A stretch of 56,513 nt of DNA from an uncultured Rhizobiaceae bacterium (lineage in GTDB: Bacteria > Pseudomonadota > Alphaproteobacteria > UBA828). Of the stretch, positions 40,994 to 48,483 are shown piece by piece. The stretch is taken from positions 1 through 56,513 of the forward strand of contig CAYRUX010000096.1 in NCBI GenBank assembly GCA_964427515.1. Direction: 5' to 3'. The position numbers were made by a program, and so were the translations under genes. The notes under the pieces are model-generated. The model made no database searches and was not told the DNA's origin. It saw only the letters and a list, made by a program, of their open reading frames with translations. Every line of letters starts with the position of its first letter. The first letter of the stretch is position 1.

Positions 40994-41411
40994 AGCATCA
41001 CATATTATAAGACGAGCGGTGCATTCTGCTTTGGCCGTGACTTCTCAGCCTGAAGCCGACGAACTTGCGGTTATCCTAGCAAATGACGCACTTTTAAAGT
41101 CCCTGAACAAAGAATTTCGGGGTATCAATAAAGCAACCAATGTTCTTTCATTTAGTTATACAGAAACAAAAAGCGTGAACGCAAGTAACTTGTCGAGGAT
41201 ACTAGGTGATATAATAATTTCCCTCGACACGGCGTGCTCCGAAGCTAATAACTCAAATATCGGTTTAAATGCACATGTAAGTCATCTTGTAATTCACGGC
41301 GTGCTGCACCTTATAGGCTATGACCACGAACTAGACAGTGATGCTTCAATAATGGAAAATCTAGAAATACTGGCTCTAGAAAAAATAGGATTTAAAAATC
41401 CATATGATTAA
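40941..41411 (+). CDS. ybeY: rRNA maturation endoribonuclease YbeY
   Basis: HGVLHLIGYDHE zinc motif. I prefer the ATG at 40941 (MVIEISIKHEAW); ATG 40923 is also possible. Either start overlaps the end of the upstream HD gene. Confidence 0.9.
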   Translation: MVIEISIKHEAWRTTLPKASHIIRRAVHSALAVTSQPEADELAVILANDALLKSLNKEFRGINKATNVLSFSYTETKSVNASNLSRILGDIIISLDTACSEANNSNIGLNAHVSHLVIHGVLHLIGYDHELDSDASIMENLEILALEKIGFKNPYD

Positions 41412-41431
41412 TACGACAAAGTATAAAATCT

Positions 41432-42358
41432 ATGAACGACAAGGATAAGTCACTAGACATTCAATCGGTGAATTCAACGAAAGAAGAGCGCTCTAATTCT
41501 TTTTTCTTTCGTTCCATTAGCACGTGGATATTGCATATTTTTGGGCGCAATGTTGATACAACATGGCAAGAGTCATTAGAAGAATTAATTGAAGAAGAAG
41601 AAGATATTTCTGAGCAGATTACACCTAAAGAAAGAGATTTATTAATGAATCTCATTCACTTTGGTCGAATAAAAGCCGAGGAAGCCATGGTTCCACGACC
41701 AGATATTGTTGCCGTTGAAGAGTCCTCAGCATTGGATGAGATCGTATCATTAATAAAGAAAAACGGGCACTCAAGAATGCCTGTATATCGCGATACCCTG
41801 GATGAAGTGGTAGGGATGGTACATATTAGAGACGTTATGGCTTTTTGGGGTAGTTCTAAAAATTTTAACTTGCCTAATATCACCCGCCCACTGCTTTTTG
41901 CACCACAATCCATGCCTATAATTGATTTGCTTGCTAAAATGCGAACAAGTCGGCTACACATGGCGATAATAGTAGATGAATATGGTGGAACTGACGGACT
42001 CGTCACAATTGAAAATTTAGTTGAAGAGATCGTCGGTGAAATTGAAGATGAACATGATGCATTACCGTCTCCTACACTTAAAATTACAGTTAACGGTATT
42101 GTAGAGGCTGATGCCCGAACCCCAATCAGAGAACTAGAAGCACATTTTGATGTAGTACTTAGATCAAGTGAAATTGATGAAGAAGTTGAAACCGTTGGTG
42201 GTCTAGTCTCACGTTTAGCAGGTAAGGTACCACTTTTACACGATCGCCTGAATCATCCGGCTGGGTTATCTTTTGAGATAATTGATGCAGACCCAAGACG
42301 AGTTAAGCAAGTCAGAGTGAGCAACACTGCATCAGCAACTAAGTATAATAAAAGGTGA
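41432..42358 (+). CDS. corC: CBS-pair / CorC_HlyC-domain protein (CorC/TlyC family)
   Basis: Two CBS-like repeats followed by a transporter-associated domain, in the standard position between ybeY and lnt. Confidence 0.85.
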   Translation: MNDKDKSLDIQSVNSTKEERSNSFFFRSISTWILHIFGRNVDTTWQESLEELIEEEEDISEQITPKERDLLMNLIHFGRIKAEEAMVPRPDIVAVEESSALDEIVSLIKKNGHSRMPVYRDTLDEVVGMVHIRDVMAFWGSSKNFNLPNITRPLLFAPQSMPIIDLLAKMRTSRLHMAIIVDEYGGTDGLVTIENLVEEIVGEIEDEHDALPSPTLKITVNGIVEADARTPIRELEAHFDVVLRSSEIDEEVETVGGLVSRLAGKVPLLHDRLNHPAGLSFEIIDADPRRVKQVRVSNTASATKYNKR

Positions 42359-43959
42359 TTACTCAATATACCACCAACAACCTATTGTGCGCCCTTAATG
42401 AGTACGCCTTAAAGATTCGATACTTTATCGAAACCTCCAAAGGTTGGAAGCGCTCTGGATTTAGCTTTTTATTTGGCATCTGTGCCGCCTTTTCTCTTCC
42501 TCCTGCAAATATTCTACCTCTGCTTATACCGGCATTCACCGGTCTAATTTGGTTGATTGCTTCTTCATCATCTGTCCGCCAGACAATTTCTGCAGGTTGG
42601 TACTTTGGCTTTGGATATTTTATTTTTTCCTGTTACTGGGTTGGGTCAGCCTTGTTATTGGATACAAATAAGTTTGCATGGTTAGCTATTCCCGCTGTAT
42701 TAGCCTTATGTGCGGGGTTAGCGATATTTCCCGCCCTTGTAGCTTTGTTTGTATTTTTATCTGGTAGAACTGGATTATCACGAATAATACTATTCAGCGT
42801 ATCATGGGCTTTTACTGAGTGGCTTCGTGGCGAAATATTAACGGGCTTTCCAATGAACCCCATTGGAAGCGCTTGGAGTGTAACGGATGGCATGCTCCAA
42901 AGTGTGGCCTTATTTGGTACATATGGATTAAGCTTTTTTACTGTTCTTGGTGCATCAGTGGCTGCGCTTGTTGGAAAAAAGAAAAGAAGTCATGAAAAAG
43001 TAAAGTGCCTTGGCCCAATTATTATAATATTTTTAATTTTGTTAATTGCTATTAGCGGAAATGCGAGACTTTGGCTTCATGGTGTACCCAGTTCGACAAA
43101 CATACAGGTAATGATTGTTCAAGCAAACATAGAGCAAGAATTAAAATGGGATCCTTTAACCAGAAAAAAAGCTCTTGAAAAACATGTTTCAATGACAATC
43201 GAGGCACGCCCCCCCGAAAGTACTTACATAATTTGGCCAGAAACAGCCGTACCCTACGACATTAGCAATAACAACGATCTGGCTGAATGGCTCGCTACAG
43301 TGATACCTCATAATGGAATCTTAATTACAGGCGCATTGAGGAAAGCTACTACCCAAACTAATGGGCAAAAAGAAAAAATTTGGAATAGTCTCTATGCTTT
43401 AGATTCCGACAGTAAAATAGTTGCGTCCTACGATAAACACCATCTTGTACCATTCGGGGAGTATATGCCAATCAGAAGTGTTATGAGTTTTGCAAAACTT
43501 ACGTATGGAGATATAGACTTTTCTTCAGGAACTGGACCAAAAACACTTTACGTTCCTAATTTACCACCATTTAGCCCTTTGATATGCTATGAGGCTATTT
43601 TTCCTGGTGAAGTTACGGAAATTAACGATCGGCCGGCCTGGCTTCTTAATATTACTAATGATGGCTGGTTTGGTCGTACAGCTGGACCCTATCAACATTT
43701 ACAAGCTGCACGTTTTCGTGCTGTAGAGGAGGGACTGCCCATAATACGTGCCGCAAATACTGGTATTTCAGCTGCCTTCGATCCTTTTGGTCGACGCATT
43801 GCATATCTTCCACTAGGTCACGCCGGAATCCTAAATATTGTGCTGCCGAAAGAAACGGCTCCTACACCATACGCAATATTGGGAAATTGGTTTTTAGTAA
43901 TCATTTCTTTGATTTCTTTAGCCGTGATAGCTCTAAGGACAATCTTAAAACTGGACTAA
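42355..43959 (+). CDS. lnt: Apolipoprotein N-acyltransferase
   Basis: N-terminal polytopic region plus a C-terminal nitrilase-fold domain with WPE, K (YDKHHLVPFGEY) and ICYE catalytic-triad segments. GTGA overlap with corC. Confidence 0.9.
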   Translation: MITQYTTNNLLCALNEYALKIRYFIETSKGWKRSGFSFLFGICAAFSLPPANILPLLIPAFTGLIWLIASSSSVRQTISAGWYFGFGYFIFSCYWVGSALLLDTNKFAWLAIPAVLALCAGLAIFPALVALFVFLSGRTGLSRIILFSVSWAFTEWLRGEILTGFPMNPIGSAWSVTDGMLQSVALFGTYGLSFFTVLGASVAALVGKKKRSHEKVKCLGPIIIIFLILLIAISGNARLWLHGVPSSTNIQVMIVQANIEQELKWDPLTRKKALEKHVSMTIEARPPESTYIIWPETAVPYDISNNNDLAEWLATVIPHNGILITGALRKATTQTNGQKEKIWNSLYALDSDSKIVASYDKHHLVPFGEYMPIRSVMSFAKLTYGDIDFSSGTGPKTLYVPNLPPFSPLICYEAIFPGEVTEINDRPAWLLNITNDGWFGRTAGPYQHLQAARFRAVEEGLPIIRAANTGISAAFDPFGRRIAYLPLGHAGILNIVLPKETAPTPYAILGNWFLVIISLISLAVIALRTILKLD

Positions 43960-44205
43960 TAAATATATTAGTCTCGCTTCTAACCTATATTTGGGCCACA
44001 AATCGTTGTTTCTTGGACGTATAAAGTTTGAGCAAGCTTGCTTAAAAACATTTCTTATTTAAACTATTATTGACTCCAAAACTCTGGCAAATAGCTTGAC
44101 CACAACGATAAAAATTGACACAAAACGTCCAGAGAACGATTAGCACACCATACTTTCTCTTGGCTTATCAAATTTAATAAAGTTTTCTGCATAAAGGGAG
44201 TTATT
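43960..44205 (+). promoter_or_regulatory. 246-nt lnt-metK intergenic region / metK leader; function unresolved
   Basis: Contains a perfect TTGACA (44116-44121) with a weak -10-like GATTAG 17 nt downstream, a 12-nt perfect palindrome AGCAAGCTTGCT (44022-44033), and AAGGGAG before the TTG start. I could not confirm any riboswitch class by eye. Confidence 0.25.
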
Positions 44206-45375
44206 TTGTCGATATTTAATCATTTGTTTACCAGTGAGTCTGTTTCTGAAGGACATCCGGATAAAGTTTGCGATCGAATATCAGATGCGATTGTAGATTT
44301 ATATATTGGGCTAGAACCAGAAGCCCGTGTAGCTTGCGAAACAATGGTTACAACTAATCGTATTGTCCTAGCAGGTGAAGTAAGAGGCCCAGACTCAATA
44401 ACTAATAAGATAATCGAAGAGACTGCTCGTGAGGCCGTTAGGGATATTGGGTATGAACAAGATGGATTTCACTGGGAGAATGCTAATGTAGAAGTTCATA
44501 TTCATTCTCAATCGAGCGATATTGCAATGGGCGTGGATGGGCTTGGTAATAAAGACGAAGGTGCGGGTGATCAAGGAATAATGTTCGGATACGCGTGCTG
44601 CGATACACCTGTACTTATGCCAGCAGCAATCTATTATTCTCATTCCATCTTATATTCTATGGCTAAAGCACGACATTCTGGAGTGGAACCAGGCCTCCTT
44701 CCAGACTCAAAAAGTCAAGTAACATTAAGATACGAAAACGGAAAACCTATTGGAGCTTCATCTGTTGTAGTCTCTACGCAGCATTTAGCATCTTTAACAC
44801 AAGAAGAGGTAAGAGAGATCGTACGTCCATATGTAATAAAATCATTGCCGAATGATTGGATGTGCCCTGATGACAAATTTTATGTTAACCCAACGGGTCG
44901 GTTTGTAATCGGAGGGCCTGACGGTGATACAGGATTAACAGGTCGAAAAATTATAGTCGATACTTATGGTGGTTCCGCCCCACATGGTGGCGGGGCTTTT
45001 TCAGGAAAAGACCCCTCGAAAGTTGATCGGTCAGCAGCATACGCTGCTAGATATTTAGCCAAAAATATTGTTGCCGCTGGGCTCGCTGAGCGATGCACCA
45101 TACAACTGGGTTACGCAATTGGAATTGCTAAACCACTATCAATTTATATTGACAGTCATGGTACTGGAACTGTCGATGAGTCTGATCTTTCTAAAACCTT
45201 AGACGAAATTATGGATCTTACCCCGCGAGGTATAAGGAAACATCTAGGTCTTAATAAACCTATATATTCTCGAACCGCTGCTTATGGTCACTTTGGTAGA
45301 GAACCCGACCCTGATGGTGGCTTTTCATGGGAAAAAACTGATTTGGTTTCAGAATTAATGGGTCGCTTTTCTTAA
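44206..45375 (+). CDS. metK: S-adenosylmethionine synthase
   Basis: [31 protein letters not shown]. The TTG start is supported by the conserved N-terminus and an AAGGGAG Shine-Dalgarno. Confidence 0.95.
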   Translation: MSIFNHLFTSESVSEGHPDKVCDRISDAIVDLYIGLEPEARVACETMVTTNRIVLAGEVRGPDSITNKIIEETAREAVRDIGYEQDGFHWENANVEVHIHSQSSDIAMGVDGLGNKDEGAGDQGIMFGYACCDTPVLMPAAIYYSHSILYSMAKARHSGVEPGLLPDSKSQVTLRYENGKPIGASSVVVSTQHLASLTQEEVREIVRPYVIKSLPNDWMCPDDKFYVNPTGRFVIGGPDGDTGLTGRKIIVDTYGGSAPHGGGAFSGKDPSKVDRSAAYAARYLAKNIVAAGLAERCTIQLGYAIGIAKPLSIYIDSHGTGTVDESDLSKTLDEIMDLTPRGIRKHLGLNKPIYSRTAAYGHFGREPDPDGGFSWEKTDLVSELMGRFS

Positions 45376-45386
45376 GACAATCGACT

Positions 45387-45809
45387 ATGTCAGGCGACAA
45401 TCAAACTAATAGTGGTAGGGTATTTGGTCGGCGCAAAGGTCATAAACTTAGAACCAAACAAAAAATCCTAATGGAAGACTTATTACCTCGTTTAAAAATC
45501 GATCTAGAAATATTTGAAGAAACGATTGAGCCGCATAGCTTTTTTGCATGCAATATCAAGGAAGTATGGTTAGAAATTGGATTCGGCGCTGGAGAACATA
45601 CTGCTTGGCAAGCAAAACAAAACCCAAATGTAGGTTTTATTGCTTGTGAACCGTTCCTTAACGGAGTAGCCAGCTTACTAAAACACATTTCGACCGACAA
45701 TTTGTGCAATATTCGTATTTTTACCGATGATGCGCTTCCACTAATAAGGCGTTTACCTGAAGGTACAATTAACCGACTTTTTATACTTTTTCCTGATCCT
45801 TGGCCTTAA
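45387..45809 (+). CDS. trmB: trmB N-terminal fragment (SAM-binding half)
   Basis: FGRRKGHKLR N-terminal box, EIGFGAGEH SAM motif; ends FPDPWP-TAA. Confidence 0.85.
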   Translation: MSGDNQTNSGRVFGRRKGHKLRTKQKILMEDLLPRLKIDLEIFEETIEPHSFFACNIKEVWLEIGFGAGEHTAWQAKQNPNVGFIACEPFLNGVASLLKHISTDNLCNIRIFTDDALPLIRRLPEGTINRLFILFPDPWP

Positions 45810-45821
45810 TCTCGCCATAAG

Positions 45822-46133
45822 ATGAGACGCATTATTACGAATGAAATCGTGACATGTTTTGCTAATATTTTGGCAGACAATGGCGAACTTCGGTTTTCAA
45901 CAGATCATTTAGAGTACGCAAGGTGGGCACTACTGATCATGTTGAAACATCAATGGTTCTATTGGACAGCTGAAAAATCTAGCGATTGGCATAATCGCCC
46001 CGTGGACTGGCCACTAACAAGATACGAAGATAAAGCAGTTAAAGACAGTAAAAAGCCCATATTTTTGCAATTTAAACGCGTTCCTCGTAAAGTTAAAAAC
46101 AGTAAATTATTGAAAAAAATAGAAATTACTTGA
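45822..46133 (+). CDS. trmB: trmB C-terminal fragment
   Basis: Same frame as the N-terminal fragment. The open frame begins at 45810 (SRHK) and the first ATG is at 45822. ELRFSTDHLEYARW and TRYEDKA match the TrmB C-terminal half. Confidence 0.75.
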   Translation: MRRIITNEIVTCFANILADNGELRFSTDHLEYARWALLIMLKHQWFYWTAEKSSDWHNRPVDWPLTRYEDKAVKDSKKPIFLQFKRVPRKVKNSKLLKKIEIT

Positions 46134-46263
46134 AGGGAGGGGATAAACAGAGATAGTTTATGCTTAGATTAATATGAGGCTAGAACTTAATATAACTAAA
46201 AAGGCAGTAGCAGTGTTTTGTTTATTTCTTATACCCTCGGCACGTTGACCATGAGTTTCAAGC

Positions 46264-46758
46264 ATGGAAAAAATGCGCCGCGTAAAGGAATTAGTTGCTC
46301 CATCCCTTAAGGGTCTCGGCCTTGAGGTTGTTCGGGTACGATATGGAGGATCTGGACGCCCAACTCTTCAGATTATGATTGAACGAAGTGACTATGGGGC
46401 ATTATCAATAGATGAGTGTGCAATTGCTAGTAGACTGGTATCTGCACTGCTAGATATCAACGATCCAATAGACGGAAATTATAATTTGGAAATTAGTTCC
46501 CCAGGACTCGATCGACCATTGACACGTTTAAATGATTTTGAACGGTTTGCCGGTTTCGAAGCGAAAATCGAACTATTTGAACCAAAAAATGGTCGAAAAA
46601 GATTTCATGGCCGATTGTTAGGATTGGAAAATGATAATGTTGGTATTTGTCATAACGGTGACCCAGCGAGTATACCTTTCTCTAATATTGAAAAAGCAAA
46701 ATTAATACCATCAGATAATCTTATTTTGGAAGCAAAAGAAAAAAACGGATGTAATTAA
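46264..46758 (+). CDS. rimP: Ribosome maturation factor RimP
   Basis: LEISSPGLDRPL motif and position directly upstream of nusA. Confidence 0.9.
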   Translation: MEKMRRVKELVAPSLKGLGLEVVRVRYGGSGRPTLQIMIERSDYGALSIDECAIASRLVSALLDINDPIDGNYNLEISSPGLDRPLTRLNDFERFAGFEAKIELFEPKNGRKRFHGRLLGLENDNVGICHNGDPASIPFSNIEKAKLIPSDNLILEAKEKNGCN

Positions 46759-46759
46759 A

Positions 46760-48130
46760 ATGGAAACGGAAACAATTGGTCTTGCTCGATTAGAACTTCT
46801 CCAAGTTGCCGACGCAGTTGCGCGTGAAAAAAGCATTGAACGTGATCTAGTTTTAGAAGCTATGGAGCAAGCTATTACTCATGCAGGAAAACGTAAATAT
46901 GGCCAGGAACACGATATTCGAACAGAAATAGATAGAAGTACTGGAGAGATTCGACTTATGCGTTACTTGGAGGTAGTTGATCCAATAGAAAATAGTGCCA
47001 CTCAAATCAGCATTTCGGAGGCTCAAGAACGTAACCCAGCTGCGCAAGTAGGAGATTATCTTGCTGACGCTCTACCTCCTATAGATTTTGGTAGGATTGC
47101 TGCCCAAACCGCAAAACAAGTGATAGTACAAAAAGTTCGTGAAGCAGAGCGCGCTCGACAATATGAAGAATATAAGGATCGAGTAGGTGAAATTGCAAGT
47201 GGCCTAGTAAAGAGGGCAGATTTTGGTGGCGTTACAGTTGATCTTGGCCGAGGTGAAGGCGTTATTCGACGAGAGGATTTGCTGCCACGCGAATCTTTCC
47301 GTAACGGCGACAGGGTTCGAGGATACATATTTGACGTGAGGAGGGAGCAACGAGGGCCACAAATATTTATTTCCCGTACACACCCTAATTTTATGGCTAA
47401 ATTATTTTCTCAGGAAGTACCGGAAATATATGATGGAATTATAGAAATTAAGTCGGTAGCAAGAGATCCAGGAAGCCGAGCTAAAATTTCCGTATTTTCA
47501 AATGATACCAGTATAGACCCAGTGGGCGCTTGCGTAGGAATGCGCGGTTCACGCGTTCAAGCTGTGGTGGGAGAACTACAAGGTGAGAAAATTGATATTA
47601 TACAGTGGTCTCCAGATCCCGCAGCATCAATTGTAAATGCGTTAGCACCCGCCGAAGTATCTAAAGTAGTGCTTGATGAAGATGCCAAACGCATAGAAGT
47701 TGTTGTGCCTGATGAACAACTAAGTCTAGCTATCGGGCGTCGGGGGCAGAATGTACGTTTAGCTTCGCAACTATCTGGATGGGACATAGATATACTAACG
47801 GATGCTGAAGAGTCTGACCGTCGCCAAGAAGAAGTTCGTTCCAGAACTGAATTGTTTATGAATGCATTAGACGTTGATGATGTAATCGCGCATCTACTAG
47901 TTACAGAAGGGTTTGCAAGCATTGAAGAGGTGGCTTTCGTTGCTTCTGAAGAGCTCTCTTCAGTTGAGAGTTTCGATGAGGAAATAGCTGAGGAGCTAAT
48001 ACAACGAGCAGCAAGTTACGTAGAAAAGAAAAATATTGAACTCGCAAATACACGAGTAGAACTAGGGGGACAGGACGCTTTAGCATCCTTAGCTATATTA
48101 ACTCCAGGTGCACAGGTCGCCCTTGGGTAA
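46760..48130 (+). CDS. nusA: Transcription termination/antitermination factor NusA (as terminated by TAA 48128-48130; lacks the last 74 codons of the family-typical C-terminus)
   Basis: N-terminal domain, S1 (GDRVRGYIFDV), KH1/KH2 (GACVGMRGSRVQAV, AIGRRGQNVRLASQL) and the start of the acidic HhH region. Confidence 0.95.
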   Translation: METETIGLARLELLQVADAVAREKSIERDLVLEAMEQAITHAGKRKYGQEHDIRTEIDRSTGEIRLMRYLEVVDPIENSATQISISEAQERNPAAQVGDYLADALPPIDFGRIAAQTAKQVIVQKVREAERARQYEEYKDRVGEIASGLVKRADFGGVTVDLGRGEGVIRREDLLPRESFRNGDRVRGYIFDVRREQRGPQIFISRTHPNFMAKLFSQEVPEIYDGIIEIKSVARDPGSRAKISVFSNDTSIDPVGACVGMRGSRVQAVVGELQGEKIDIIQWSPDPAASIVNALAPAEVSKVVLDEDAKRIEVVVPDEQLSLAIGRRGQNVRLASQLSGWDIDILTDAEESDRRQEEVRSRTELFMNALDVDDVIAHLLVTEGFASIEEVAFVASEELSSVESFDEEIAEELIQRAASYVEKKNIELANTRVELGGQDALASLAILTPGAQVALG

Positions 48131-48355
48131 GCTGGAATCAAATCTCTCGATAACCTGGCTGATTTAGCTGGGGATGAATTAATGGAAATTTTGGGCGAGT
48201 TTATTCCAAATCTCGAAAAAGCTAATGAAATTATAATGTCAGCACGAGCTCATTGGTTTGAAGATGACAATTTGGAAACTGAAAAAATAGAACCAAATGA
48301 GCAACAGTCTGCAGAAAATGAAAATTCTGTTGATACTAGGGAGGATGCTCCGTGA
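48131..48355 (+). other. nusA: In-frame continuation of nusA beyond the TAA: 74 sense codons encoding a NusA C-terminal HhH/AR-like segment, ending at TGA 48353-48355
   Basis: Translates as AGIKSLDNLADLAGDELMEILGEFIPNLEKANEIIMSARAHWFEDDN.... The IIMSARAHWF segment resembles the conserved LIMAAR..WF end of NusA. It has no ATG yielding 60 aa or more, so it is absent from the ORF track. Confidence 0.7.
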
Positions 48356-48483
48356 GTAAGTTGAGCCACAACAAGGGAAGTATTTTACACACTGTTTGGC
48401 AAAGTTGTGCGAAATGAACCTAGTAAATTTGTAAACGTTAGATCTCTTCTCCACATAGTTAAATTGAATTGAGCAGGAATTAA

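Larger units (their letters stand above)
45387..46133 (+). pseudogene. trmB: Gene-level span of trmB (tRNA (guanine46-N7)-methyltransferase), interrupted by one in-frame TAA at 45807-45809
   Basis: ...LFILFPDPWP-TAA-SRHKMRRII... read in one frame. The stop sits where family members have Lys in the FPDPWPK(K/A)RH motif. Confidence 0.75.
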
